Below, one piece after another: positions 1 through 8,484 of a stretch of DNA of 64,000 nucleotides. This DNA comes from Micrococcales bacterium. GTDB taxonomy: Bacteria; Actinomycetota; Actinomycetes; Actinomycetales; WQXJ01. The DNA lies in assembly GCA_009784895.1 (NCBI GenBank), contig WQXJ01000003.1:17602-81601 (forward strand), in the 5' to 3' direction. The notes beneath the pieces were generated by a model. The model did no database searches and was not told the DNA's origin. It saw only the letters and a program-made list of their open reading frames with translations. The stretch's first letter is position 1. Each line of letters begins with the position of its first letter. The position numbers and the translations under genes were made by a program.

Positions 1-1052
1 GCTTTGGTGTCCGCGCCTAGGACCGTGCCGGGCCTCAGATGCGTGAAAGGGCCAACGTTGGCGCGCGGGCCAATCACGGCCTGGTTGGCCACGGTCCGGT
101 CGACCTTGGCGCCAGCCCCGACCTGGCAGTCAGTCAAGGTGGTATATGGGCCGATGACGGCGCCGGCCTCGGCTTTGGTGTTGCCCCTCAGATCGGTGCC
201 CGGCTCGAGGGTGACATCCGGGGCTAGCTCGACCCCAGGTCCTATCTGGGTGCTGGCCGGGTCGACGATGGTGACACCATCCAGCATGGCGGCCTCAAGG
301 CGGCGGGCGTTGATTTCCTGGGCCGCTTGGGCCAGTTGTTGGCGGTCATTGACGCCCTGAATGACATGGGGGTCCTCGCAAATCAGGGCGCGCACTGGCA
401 TGCCCGCCTGGCGGGCAAGTTCAACGGTGTCAGTCAAATAGACCTCGCCTTGGTCGTTGTCGTTGTCTACATGATCCAGGGTCTGGTGCAGGGCGCGGGC
501 CTGGAAAACATAGGTGGCCGAGTTGATTTCGCAAATCTTGGCCTGTTCTTCGGTCGTATCGCGCTGCTCAACGATGGCCTCGACTTGGCCGTCGCCACCG
601 CGAACAATGCGGCCGTAGCCATAGGGGTCCTCGACCTCGGCGCTGAGGATGGTGATGGCGTTGGAATCCGCCTGATGCGCTTGAAGCAGGGCTTTGAGGG
701 TTTGCCCGTCTAACAGTGGTGTGTCGCTGGCCATCACCAACACTCCCCCAGCGGCCTTGACGCCGGCCGCGTCCATGGCGACCAGGGCGCATTGGACGGC
801 CCGTCCCGTACCGGGAATGTCGTCTTGGTCCGCCACCAGCACGTTGGGGTCCAATGCCAGTGCTTCCGCCGCCACCTCATCGCGGCCGTTGCGCACCACC
901 ACCACGATTCGTTCAGGGTCAAGCTCAGCGCCAGCGGCCATGGCGTAACCCAGCAGGCTCCGGCCGGCAGCTTGGTGCAGCACCTTTGGCTTGATCGACT
1001 TCATCCTGGTGCCCTGTCCAGCGGCAAGGACTAAAACGACGGGTTTGAGCAT
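1..1052 (-). CDS. glmU: GlmU (UDP-N-acetylglucosamine pyrophosphorylase / GlcN-1-P acetyltransferase); C-terminus runs off the window edge
   Basis: My own minus-strand translation from the ATG at 1052 gives MLKPVVLVLAAGQGTRMKSIKPKVLHQAAGRSLLGYAMAA..., which carries the LAAGxGTRM nucleotidyltransferase signature. The frame appears open to position 1, which explains its absence from the ORF track. glmU next to tRNA-Gln is a common actinobacterial arrangement. Confidence 0.85.
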   Translation of the reverse strand, partial: MLKPVVLVLAAGQGTRMKSIKPKVLHQAAGRSLLGYAMAAGAELDPERIVVVVRNGRDEVAAEALALDPNVLVADQDDIPGTGRAVQCALVAMDAAGVKAAGGVLVMASDTPLLDGQTLKALLQAHQADSNAITILSAEVEDPYGYGRIVRGGDGQVEAIVEQRDTTEEQAKICEINSATYVFQARALHQTLDHVDNDNDQGEVYLTDTVELARQAGMPVRALICEDPHVIQGVNDRQQLAQAAQEINARRLEAAMLDGVTIVDPASTQIGPGVELAPDVTLEPGTDLRGNTKAEAGAVIGPYTTLTDCQVGAGAKVDRTVANQAVIGPRANVGPFTHLRPGTVLGADTK

Positions 1053-1177
1053 GCAAAACTCCTGTTCGATTGGCGGCCAAGGAACGGGCGATGACGCTAT
1101 TTCCTTGAACCAGGCTGTGCTGTTGTGTCCCGTTGGCCCAGGCCATCACTTGGCATCTGCCTTGACCGACGCGGCCG

Positions 1178-1249
1178 CTCCGCCCCCAGGACTCGAACCT
1201 GGACTAAGGGCACCAAAAACCCCTGTGCTGCCTATTACACCAAGGCGGA
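1178..1249 (-). tRNA. tRNA-Gln (anticodon UUG)
   Basis: Hand-folded cloverleaf on the minus strand. Acceptor TCCGCCT/GGGCGGA, T-arm CCAGG-TTCGAGT-CCTGG, anticodon stem GGGGT/GCCCT with loop TTTTGGT, giving anticodon TTG. 72 nt, CCA not encoded. Confidence 0.88.
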
Positions 1250-1326
1250 ATGCGCCTACCTAGTTTGCCACGGATCGCCAAACAGACGAACCAGCCGGCA
1301 AGTCGCCGATCCGGCAGAATAGTGCC

Positions 1327-1962
1327 ATGCCCCGCGCCAAGACCCAGCGAGCCCGTATGTCCGGCCACGAACGACGCGAGCAGTTATTGCTGGTGGCACG
1401 GTCGTTGTTCGCCGAAAAGGGCTTCGACTCAACCTCAGTGGAGGAGATCGCGGCCAGGGCCGAGGTCTCCAAGCCGGTGGTTTACGAACACTTTGGCGGC
1501 AAAGAGGGCATCTACGCCGTGGTGGTTGATAGGGAGGTCAAGGAGCTTTCGGATCGGCTGCGGCGGTCGCTTAGCTCGGAGGGTCATCCCAAACGGGTGG
1601 TCGAGCGGACCGCGCTGGAGCTACTGGACTACATCGAGGATCACGAAGACGGTTTCAGGATCCTGGTACGCGACTCACCCATGGCCCAGGCCACCGGCCC
1701 GTTTAGCTCAATGCTGGGTGATGTGGCCGGTCAGGTCGGCGCGCTACTTAGGCAAGAATTTGCCGTTCACAAGCTCGAACCAGCTAACTCGACGATTTAC
1801 GCCCAAATGTTGGTCGGCATGATCGCCTTTACCGGCCAGTGGTGGCTGGAGGAACGTCAGCCGGATAAGACCCAAGTGGCGGCCCATTTGACTAACTTGG
1901 CCTGGAACGGCCTGCGCGGCATGGAGTCAAAGCCGCGGGTGGCCAACCCCAAAAACCAATAG
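1327..1962 (+). CDS. TetR family transcriptional regulator
   Basis: 211-aa ORF. The N-terminus RREQLLLVARSLFAEKGFDSTSVEEIAARAEVSKPVVYEHFGGKEGIY is a typical TetR HTH. Confidence 0.85.
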   Translation: MPRAKTQRARMSGHERREQLLLVARSLFAEKGFDSTSVEEIAARAEVSKPVVYEHFGGKEGIYAVVVDREVKELSDRLRRSLSSEGHPKRVVERTALELLDYIEDHEDGFRILVRDSPMAQATGPFSSMLGDVAGQVGALLRQEFAVHKLEPANSTIYAQMLVGMIAFTGQWWLEERQPDKTQVAAHLTNLAWNGLRGMESKPRVANPKNQ

Positions 1963-1977
1963 CCAGCTGCTTGTAGT

Positions 1978-2529
1978 GTGAAGTCCGTGTCCGCAGCTTC
2001 CGAGAGACGGTCTGACGCCACCGAGCGCGTGATCTCGGCCTGGCGCCGCGAGCGCCCGGATCTGGAAGTGGCGCCAATGGAAACTTGGAGCCGGATCACG
2101 CTTCTGGCCAAGTACCTGGACCAGGCTCGCCGCGAGGTTCTAAGCGGTCACGGCCTGCAAAGCTGGGAGTTCGACGTGCTGGCGGACCTGCGCCGGGCCG
2201 GAGCGCCCTACGAGCTGAGACCGGGCCAAATGACCGCTCAGATGATGGTCACCAGTGGCACCATGACCAACCGGATTGACCGCCTCGAGGCCAGCGGCCT
2301 GGTTGAACGCCGCTCTGACGCGGCCGACGGCCGGGTCACCCAGGTTCGCTTGACTGATGCCGGCCGCGACGCGGTGGACGGTGCCCTGGCCGATCTGCTC
2401 CAACGCGAAGCCCAGTTGATGGCACCGCTGGCCCAGAGCCAGGGCGGCGATCTGGCGGCCATGTTGGGCACCTTGCTGGCCCGTTTCGAGGCTGAGGGCT
2501 CAGCCGGCCCGGGCGGCCGCGCCAGCTGA
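1978..2529 (+). CDS. MarR family transcriptional regulator
   Basis: 183-aa ORF. Winged-helix region LRPGQMTAQMMVTSGTMTNRIDRLEASGLVERRSDAADGRVTQVRLTDAGR. Its stop overlaps the start of the next gene. Confidence 0.82.
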   Translation: MKSVSAASERRSDATERVISAWRRERPDLEVAPMETWSRITLLAKYLDQARREVLSGHGLQSWEFDVLADLRRAGAPYELRPGQMTAQMMVTSGTMTNRIDRLEASGLVERRSDAADGRVTQVRLTDAGRDAVDGALADLLQREAQLMAPLAQSQGGDLAAMLGTLLARFEAEGSAGPGGRAS

Positions 2530-4502
2530 TGGCTCATCTGCTTGGCGCCCAGTCGCTGTCGCTGACCTACCCCAATCGCGTGGTCTTGGACCAGGTCTCC
2601 CTGGGGCTGAGCGATGGCGACCGGGTCGGTGTAGTCGGTCGCAACGGCGACGGCAAGTCCTCCTTGCTGGGTCTGCTGGCTGGGCGTCTATTGCCCGATG
2701 CCGGCCGGGTCACCCACCCTGGTGATGTCACGATTGGCCTTTTGGAACAGACCGACCACTTGGACGCCCAGGCCACCGTCCGCCAAGTGGTGGTTGACGG
2801 CGCAGCTGACCACGTCTGGGCAGGGCAGGGCCAGGCCCGCGAGATCATGACTGCCCTGCTGGCCGATGTCCGGCTCGAGACGCCGGTAGGTGAGTTATCC
2901 GGCGGCCAGATGCGCCGAGCGGCCTTGGCCCGGATCCTATTGGGCAGCTGGGATGTGCTATGCCTAGACGAACCGACCAACCACCTAGACATGGTGGCCA
3001 TTACTTGGCTGGCCGGCCACCTGCGGCAGCGCTGGCCACCTGGGCGCGGCGCCCTGCTGGTAGTGACCCATGACCGCTGGTTCCTTGATCAGGTCTCGAA
3101 TGCAACCTGGGAGGTGCACAGTGGCCAGGTGACCGCCTTCGAAGGCGGTTACGCCGCCTACGTGCTGCGCCGAGTCGAACGCGACCAACAGGCAGCTGCC
3201 CAGGCTCAGCGCCGCCGGTCGTTGCTGCGCAAGGAGCTAGCCTGGCTGCGCCGCGGTGCTCCAGCCAGGACGTCAAAGCCAAAGTTCCGCCTGGACTTGG
3301 CCGAGGCCCTGATCGCCAATGAGCCGCCACCGCGCAACCAGGTCGAACTGGAACGTTTGGCCATGTGCCGCCTGGGCAAAGACGTGGCCGAGCTTGATGA
3401 CGTCACCGCCGGCTTCAATGGCCGGCCGGTACTAAGCCACGTCAATTGGCTGATTGGCCCCGGCGACCGGATTGGCCTGCTCGGCGCCAACGGCGCTGGC
3501 AAAACCACCTTGCTAAGCCTGGTCGCAGGGTTAATGAAACCCATGTCCGGACGGGTCAAACGCGGCAAAACTGTCCGCGCGGCGACCCTGCATCAAGACC
3601 TGCGTGAACTAGGTGAATGGGAGGATCAGCCGGTTCGCCAGGTCATGGCCCGGATGAAAGCCAGCTACCAATCAGGTGGCCGGGCGGCCGGAGCTTGGAC
3701 CGGTGGTGGCCGCCAGGCCACACCCGGTTGGAGCGCGGGCAGTCAAGAGATGACGCCTGGCGCCATTTTGGAGCGCCTTGGATTTGGCCCGGCCCATATG
3801 GCGACTTTGGTCCGGTCTTTGTCAGGCGGCCAGCGGCGGCGGCTGCAGTTGGCCATGGTGCTGATGGAAGAACCCAATGTTTTGATCCTGGATGAGCCGT
3901 CCAACGACCTAGACACCGACATGCTGGCCGCCATTGAGGACCTACTGGACTCCTGGCCAGGCACGCTGATCGTGGTGACACACGACCGCTACCTGATGGA
4001 ACGCACCACCGACAGTCAGTGGGCCATCCTTGACGGCCACCTGCGCCACCTGCCGGGCGGCGTTGACCAATTCATCGAGCTGTCCTCCACCAGCCCGCCT
4101 GCCACTGGCGAGGTTGAGCCTAGGCATAAAACCTCACCCAACCAGCCCTCTTCCCGCCAGAGCGAGGTTTGGCCCAAGCCCGGCACCGGCCAACCCCCGA
4201 CCCGCGAGACTGAGCCTTCGCATAAACCCAGCACCAGTCCTGGCCAAGATGACAGCGCCACCAAAGCCCCGGCATCGGACGCCAAAGCCATCCGGGCAGC
4301 CAAGAAACGATTGGCGGCGGTGGAACGACGCCTGGAGCGGCTGCGAGCCCAACGCGACCAAGTCAACGAGCAATTGATCCAGCACGACCCGACCGATTTC
4401 GCCGGCCTGGCTCCGCTGACCACCCGTCTAGCCGAACTGACTGAGGCCATCGCCGCAGAAGAAGACAGCTGGCTCGTCCTGGCCGACCAAGCCGGCCTGT
4501 AA
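2529..4502 (+). CDS. ABC-F family ATPase (two ABC cassettes, C-terminal coiled coil)
   Basis: 657 aa. Walker A motifs GRNGDGKSS and GANGAGKTT, signature motifs LSGGQMRR and LSGGQRRR, Walker B LCLDEPTNHLD and LILDEPSNDLD. The linker before the C-terminal helix carries repeat-derived sequence (see findings). Confidence 0.9.
   Translation: MAHLLGAQSLSLTYPNRVVLDQVSLGLSDGDRVGVVGRNGDGKSSLLGLLAGRLLPDAGRVTHPGDVTIGLLEQTDHLDAQATVRQVVVDGAADHVWAGQGQAREIMTALLADVRLETPVGELSGGQMRRAALARILLGSWDVLCLDEPTNHLDMVAITWLAGHLRQRWPPGRGALLVVTHDRWFLDQVSNATWEVHSGQVTAFEGGYAAYVLRRVERDQQAAAQAQRRRSLLRKELAWLRRGAPARTSKPKFRLDLAEALIANEPPPRNQVELERLAMCRLGKDVAELDDVTAGFNGRPVLSHVNWLIGPGDRIGLLGANGAGKTTLLSLVAGLMKPMSGRVKRGKTVRAATLHQDLRELGEWEDQPVRQVMARMKASYQSGGRAAGAWTGGGRQATPGWSAGSQEMTPGAILERLGFGPAHMATLVRSLSGGQRRRLQLAMVLMEEPNVLILDEPSNDLDTDMLAAIEDLLDSWPGTLIVVTHDRYLMERTTDSQWAILDGHLRHLPGGVDQFIELSSTSPPATGEVEPRHKTSPNQPSSRQSEVWPKPGTGQPPTRETEPSHKPSTSPGQDDSATKAPASDAKAIRAAKKRLAAVERRLERLRAQRDQVNEQLIQHDPTDFAGLAPLTTRLAELTEAIAAEEDSWLVLADQAGL
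4108..4224. repeat. Two copies of the dispersed repeat inside the ABC-F gene (degenerate copy 4108-4128; copy 4203-4224), GCGAGA-first orientation on the + strand
   Basis: GCGAGGTTGAGCCTAGGCATA and CGCGAGACTGAGCCTTCGCATA, translated as GEVEPRHK and RETEPSHK. Confidence 0.7.
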
Positions 4503-4599
4503 CCAGCCCAGTCCCGGCGGGAGGCAGGTTTGGCAGAATGTCCAACAGCACAGTCTCGCGGCAGCCAAGGATGCCGGTGCCGCGAGCCGAGGCAGGAGG

Positions 4600-5151
4600 T
4601 TGGACAAAGTGGCTGAGGCGAACCAGTCAGCATTCCGGGCCGAATACCACACCCTGGTGGTGGCCGCCTGCGAGTGGAGGGCCATGCAAGCCGACCCAGA
4701 GGTGCTGGCCGGGCGGGTCTTTGATCGCCTGGCCTGCCAGAACGCAGCGCCCGATCTGCACCAAGCCTTCCAGCTGGTCCAACAGGTCGTTGACGAGACT
4801 TATCGGGAAGACTCGGGCCGGCGCACAATCATGGAGGCGATCGCCGGCTCGCGCGGCGCTCCGCTGCCAAACGAACCGGCAGATAGTCAAGAGGCAGGCG
4901 CTTTGCGCCAGGCCCTGGCCCAGTTGGGCCGGCGGGAACGAGAGATCCTGCAACTGGCTTACTGGGATGAACTGGCGCGGCCGGAGATTGGCCTGGTGCT
5001 GGGACTCGAGGCCGTCGCGGTCGAGACCTGGCTCGAACGGGCCCAAGCCAGATTCGCCTTGCTGGCAGGGCGCCGGACCGGCATCGATGCGACCGGCGCC
5101 GATTCACCTGGCCTGCTGCGCTCGATCAAACCCGGTAACCGCAGCCGTTAG
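4600..5151 (+). CDS. Sigma-70 family (ECF-like) RNA polymerase sigma factor; divergent region 2
   Basis: 183 aa. Region-4-like HTH segment LGRREREILQLAYWDELARPEIGLVLGLEAVAVETWLERAQARF. TTG start. An alternative-frame ORF at 4538..5164 looks compositionally non-coding. Confidence 0.5.
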   Translation: MDKVAEANQSAFRAEYHTLVVAACEWRAMQADPEVLAGRVFDRLACQNAAPDLHQAFQLVQQVVDETYREDSGRRTIMEAIAGSRGAPLPNEPADSQEAGALRQALAQLGRREREILQLAYWDELARPEIGLVLGLEAVAVETWLERAQARFALLAGRRTGIDATGADSPGLLRSIKPGNRSR

Positions 5152-5179
5152 CAATAAGACTTGACCAGGCGCTGGGGTC

Positions 5180-6100
5180 CTAGCGGGCCAGCGGTCCAGG
5201 CGCCGGACCGGTGACAGTGTGGCAGCGCAATTCGGGGTTGGACTGGCCAATCACAGTGGCCAAATGCCTGGCGTGGGCCGGGCCGGCCGCCAGCACGGCC
5301 ACAGTTGGCCCCGAACCGGTGACGATGGCACCCAGCGCCCCAACTTCCTTGGCCAACGCGATGGTTTCGACCAGAGGCGGACAAGCTTCGGTGGCGGCTG
5401 GCTGCAAATCGTTGCGCAGCCATTGGCCGATGTCACCGGCCTCACCTTGGCCAAGAGCCTCGACCAGTTGGCGTGGCGGCTGAGTGGGCAGGCTACGTTC
5501 GGCCCCAGCCCTAGCGCTGTCAAGGCGATCGAAGATAGCCGGAGTCGATAGCCCACCCCCTGGCCGAGTGGCCAAAACCCAATGCAGGGCGGCCGGGCAA
5601 TCTAGGGTCTCGAGCTGTTCGCCGCGCCCCGATCCCAGAGCCGTGCCGCCATCGAGGCAAAAGTTGACATCCGAGCCCAGGCCGGCGGCCAGTTGGTGCA
5701 GTGCCGCCTTATCAAGTCCGGCCTGCCAATAACGGTTGGCCGCCACTAGGGCAGCGGCCGCGTCGGCGCTGCCTCCAGCCAGTCCTCCGGCCACCGGCAC
5801 AGACTTGGTGATGTCGATTTTGACCTCGGCTGGCACACCAGCCACTTGAGCCACCGCGCGGACGGCTCGAACCGCCAGGTTTTCCTCACTCATTGGCACC
5901 AGTGCGCTGTCCAGGCCGTTCACAACCACCTCGATTTTGGCGGCCACCGGCGGTCGCAGCGTCACCTCTTCGTACAAGTCAACCGCCTGGAAGACAGTCA
6001 GGAGCGGGTGGTAGCCATCTGGCCTGGGTGATCCCGCCAGCAACAGCAGGTTGATTTTGGCCGGGGCGGTCACGGTGACATCGGCTATTTGGGTCGTCAT
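5180..6100 (-). CDS. ispE: 4-diphosphocytidyl-2-C-methyl-D-erythritol kinase
   Basis: 306 aa. APAKINLLLLAGSPRPDGYHPLLTVFQAVDLYEEV plus the GHMP-kinase motif PVAGGLAGGSADAAAAL. ATGA start/stop overlap with rsmA. rsmA-ispE synteny. Confidence 0.92.
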   Translation of the reverse strand: MTTQIADVTVTAPAKINLLLLAGSPRPDGYHPLLTVFQAVDLYEEVTLRPPVAAKIEVVVNGLDSALVPMSEENLAVRAVRAVAQVAGVPAEVKIDITKSVPVAGGLAGGSADAAAALVAANRYWQAGLDKAALHQLAAGLGSDVNFCLDGGTALGSGRGEQLETLDCPAALHWVLATRPGGGLSTPAIFDRLDSARAGAERSLPTQPPRQLVEALGQGEAGDIGQWLRNDLQPAATEACPPLVETIALAKEVGALGAIVTGSGPTVAVLAAGPAHARHLATVIGQSNPELRCHTVTGPAPGPLAR

Positions 6101-7215
6101 GGCGCCTCCATCAGTCCAAGAGCCCCGGCAATTCTGGCGAAGTCGGGGGCAGCTAACTGCTCGCCACGCTGCGACGGTTCAACCTTGGCCTTGATTAGGG
6201 CAGCCTCGGCTGCCTCTTTCGAACCGGCCAGTCCCGACAGGGCCGAGCGCAAGGTCTTGCGCCGCTGGGCAAAGGCGGCGTCGATGACCCGGGCCACTGC
6301 CGGGTACTGGGCCGCCTTGAGATGCCCAAGCTCACTTAGGCTGCTGTGGGGTTCGTCAGTTGGGCCCCAACGTTGGAATAGGACAAGCGAACTGTCAACC
6401 CTTGGGACCGGGTAGAAGACGTTTCGGGGCACTTGGCCGGCCAGGCGGGCCGTGCCCCACCAGGCCAGTTTGGCGCTCGGTACGCCGTAGGTCCGCGAAC
6501 CGGGTTTGGCCACCAGGCGGGCGGCTACCTCGGCCTGGACCATGACCAGGGCTTTGGTGATGAAGTCGAAGCGCTCGAGATAGGTCAGCAGCAGCGGCAC
6601 AGCCACGTTGTAGGGCAGGTTGGCCACCAAGGCGGCCGGATTATGCCAAAGCTCGGTCTCGCGGGCTTGGGTGGGGGTATGCGAAAGCTCGGTCTCGCGG
6701 GAATTGGTTGGGCTGGAGGGGGTAGTGGTGGGGTTAGGGCTGGCCGGCAGCTCAGTCACATCCAAAGCGTTGGCCGTCACCACAGTTAGGCGATCGGCCA
6801 GGCCGGCCGCCCGCCCAGCCACTGTCAGGGGCAGTTGAGCCGCCAGGACAGGGTCAAGCTCGATAGCCGTGACATGGTGTCCGGCCGCCAACAGGGCCAA
6901 GGTCAGCGAACCCAAACCGGGGCCTACTTCAATGACGTGGGGGCCGGCATCGGCCAACTTGACAATCCGGCAGACCGTGCCCGGGTCTACTACAAAGTTC
7001 TGCCCTAGTGATTTGGACGGATGCAACTCCAGGCGCCGGCACAAGGACAGGACCTCGGAGGGGCCAAGCAGGCTGACGCCAACCGGCGCCGCATCATCGA
7101 AGCTCAGTACCAGCCCTTTTGCTGGAACGCGCCCCAGGCGCCGCAGGGTGTGGCGTAACGACCCTTGATGTAACCCAAGCCCCAGGCAATTTGTGTAGCC
7201 GGGTTGGTGCGCCAA
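6097..7215 (-). CDS. rsmA: 16S rRNA (adenine1518/1519-N6)-dimethyltransferase RsmA/KsgA, with a repeat-derived internal insertion
   Basis: LGQNFVVDPG, SAM motif VIEVGPGLGSLTLAL, and LVANLPYNVAVP. The only canonical start codon upstream of the conserved core is the ATG at 7215, which overlaps the upstream gene by 112 nt, so the start is uncertain. Confidence 0.88.
   Translation of the reverse strand: MAHQPGYTNCLGLGLHQGSLRHTLRRLGRVPAKGLVLSFDDAAPVGVSLLGPSEVLSLCRRLELHPSKSLGQNFVVDPGTVCRIVKLADAGPHVIEVGPGLGSLTLALLAAGHHVTAIELDPVLAAQLPLTVAGRAAGLADRLTVVTANALDVTELPASPNPTTTPSSPTNSRETELSHTPTQARETELWHNPAALVANLPYNVAVPLLLTYLERFDFITKALVMVQAEVAARLVAKPGSRTYGVPSAKLAWWGTARLAGQVPRNVFYPVPRVDSSLVLFQRWGPTDEPHSSLSELGHLKAAQYPAVARVIDAAFAQRRKTLRSALSGLAGSKEAAEAALIKAKVEPSQRGEQLAAPDFARIAGALGLMEAP
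6642..6699. repeat. Repeat doublet (6642-6663 TATGCCAAAGCTCGGTCTCGCG; 6678-6699 TATGCGAAAGCTCGGTCTCGCG) inside rsmA
   Basis: Two 22-mers differing at one base and starting 36 nt apart. In the gene sense they read RETELSH..RETELWH. Confidence 0.9.
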
Positions 7216-8354
7216 TCGGCTCCGGCCGAGGCCATCTTTGAGCCGGGCAAAGCTTGAGGAATGCCATAGGCGCCCGAGGACGGGTTGGAGGAGTTAACTC
7301 GCCAGCCTGATTCACGTTCCCACAAGGCCACCAGGCAGGCGAATTGGTCATCGCCCCAGCCGTACTGGTTGGCCATCATTTCCTTGGCGATGGCCTGGGC
7401 ACTGCCCGGAGAGACATTGATAGGCACATTGGGCACATTGGTGGGCTTTGGCGCCTCCTTGGTGCCAACCAAGGTGATCTCGTCAACCGGCGCCACCACA
7501 ATGGTGTCCATGACCACGGTGCGCTCAAGCTCAGTGTCACCGGCCATGGTGGCGACATAGGTCACCAGCCGCTGGCCGGCCTTGCCCTCTTGAACCACCT
7601 TGGTGGTGCCTTTGGCCATCGTGGCGTCTTTCTTGGTGACCTTTTCGAACGGCAGGACGATTGTCTGGGAGCCGTCAGTGATGAAGGCCCGCTCTACTGT
7701 GATGGTCTGGCCCGGCTTGGTCGGCTGGTCAAGTGCCGGGTTGACCTGGTCATCTGGCCCCAAAACTACGCCTAACGCAGTCAAGGCATCGGAGACGGTG
7801 GCGGCGTTGGTTTGCGCCTGCAACTTGGCCCCGTCGACCACCACCATCATCACCTTGGGCGTGGAGACAGTGACCACGCTGGTCTGCCGGTCAACCGCAG
7901 CCCCCCGGGCGACAGACAACTGGGATTCGGCGGCGCGCACGCCCAGGTCCGCCAAGGCCAGGTCAACTGTCTCGGCGGTGGTCCAGACCACCCGCTGGGC
8001 TCCGTCAATGTTCAAAGACAGCGGCTTGGCCAGCCGAACTACGATTTCGCCGCCACGCGGCACGGCCGCTCCAGGCGCCGGTGCCACCAGATCGCGTTCG
8101 CCGTAGGTGACGCCTTCCTGTGCCAGCACCGAGCCAACCGAACCGCCAAAAGTGGTTACCTGGGTCGACTCGCCGTCAACGGTTAAGGTGACGGTCTTGT
8201 GAGCGGTGGCAAAACCGGTCAGGGCACCGGCCGCCAGCACGGTCGCCGTGACCTTGGCGGTCCAGCCAAGTGCCCGCCGGCGGCCAGACGCGCGGCGCCC
8301 ATTGGCGCGATGCGTCCGGGATGCCGCACGGGATCCAGAACTCTTCAGAACCAA
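7104..8354 (-). CDS. RpfB-like secreted cell-wall hydrolase (DUF348 repeats + G5 domain + C-terminal transglycosylase-like domain)
   Basis: 416 aa with an N-terminal TM/signal segment. Repeated V.V.VDG..(x)..T.A.TV..aL modules. G5-like segment KGTTKVVQEGKAGQRLVTY. The C-terminus WERESGWRVNSSNPSSGAYGIPQALPGSKM...GWY is typical of lytic-transglycosylase-like domains. Conserved position upstream of rsmA-ispE. TTG start. Confidence 0.78.
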   Translation of the reverse strand: MVLKSSGSRAASRTHRANGRRASGRRRALGWTAKVTATVLAAGALTGFATAHKTVTLTVDGESTQVTTFGGSVGSVLAQEGVTYGERDLVAPAPGAAVPRGGEIVVRLAKPLSLNIDGAQRVVWTTAETVDLALADLGVRAAESQLSVARGAAVDRQTSVVTVSTPKVMMVVVDGAKLQAQTNAATVSDALTALGVVLGPDDQVNPALDQPTKPGQTITVERAFITDGSQTIVLPFEKVTKKDATMAKGTTKVVQEGKAGQRLVTYVATMAGDTELERTVVMDTIVVAPVDEITLVGTKEAPKPTNVPNVPINVSPGSAQAIAKEMMANQYGWGDDQFACLVALWERESGWRVNSSNPSSGAYGIPQALPGSKMASAGADWRTNPATQIAWGLGYIKGRYATPCGAWGAFQQKGWY

Positions 8355-8484
8355 ACTTCGATATCTCCCCGGGAGGGCTCGGGTTGTCTGCCAACATCGA
8401 CGCTAGCGGATTTTGGCTGATCAGGCCAATCCGATGGCCAGGTTTGTGGACGGCAACTAGGCGGTTTTGACCGCCTGGGCGGGT

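Noticed and set aside
6652-6662. The idea that the repeat core is significant because it contains GGTCTC, a type IIS restriction recognition sequence.
   Set aside because: This is a coincidence-level observation. No restriction-modification genes are present in the window and nothing in the sequence links the repeat to R-M activity.
8355-8484. A c-di-AMP (ydaO-type) riboswitch upstream of the rpf-like gene, as found upstream of some actinobacterial rpf and cell-wall hydrolase genes. Also a terminator-like hairpin after tatD (AGGCGGT-CAAA-ACCGCCT).
   Set aside because: I could not find the conserved ydaO sequence blocks in the 130-nt leader. The hairpin has a 7-bp stem and no following U-tract, so neither is supported well enough to annotate.
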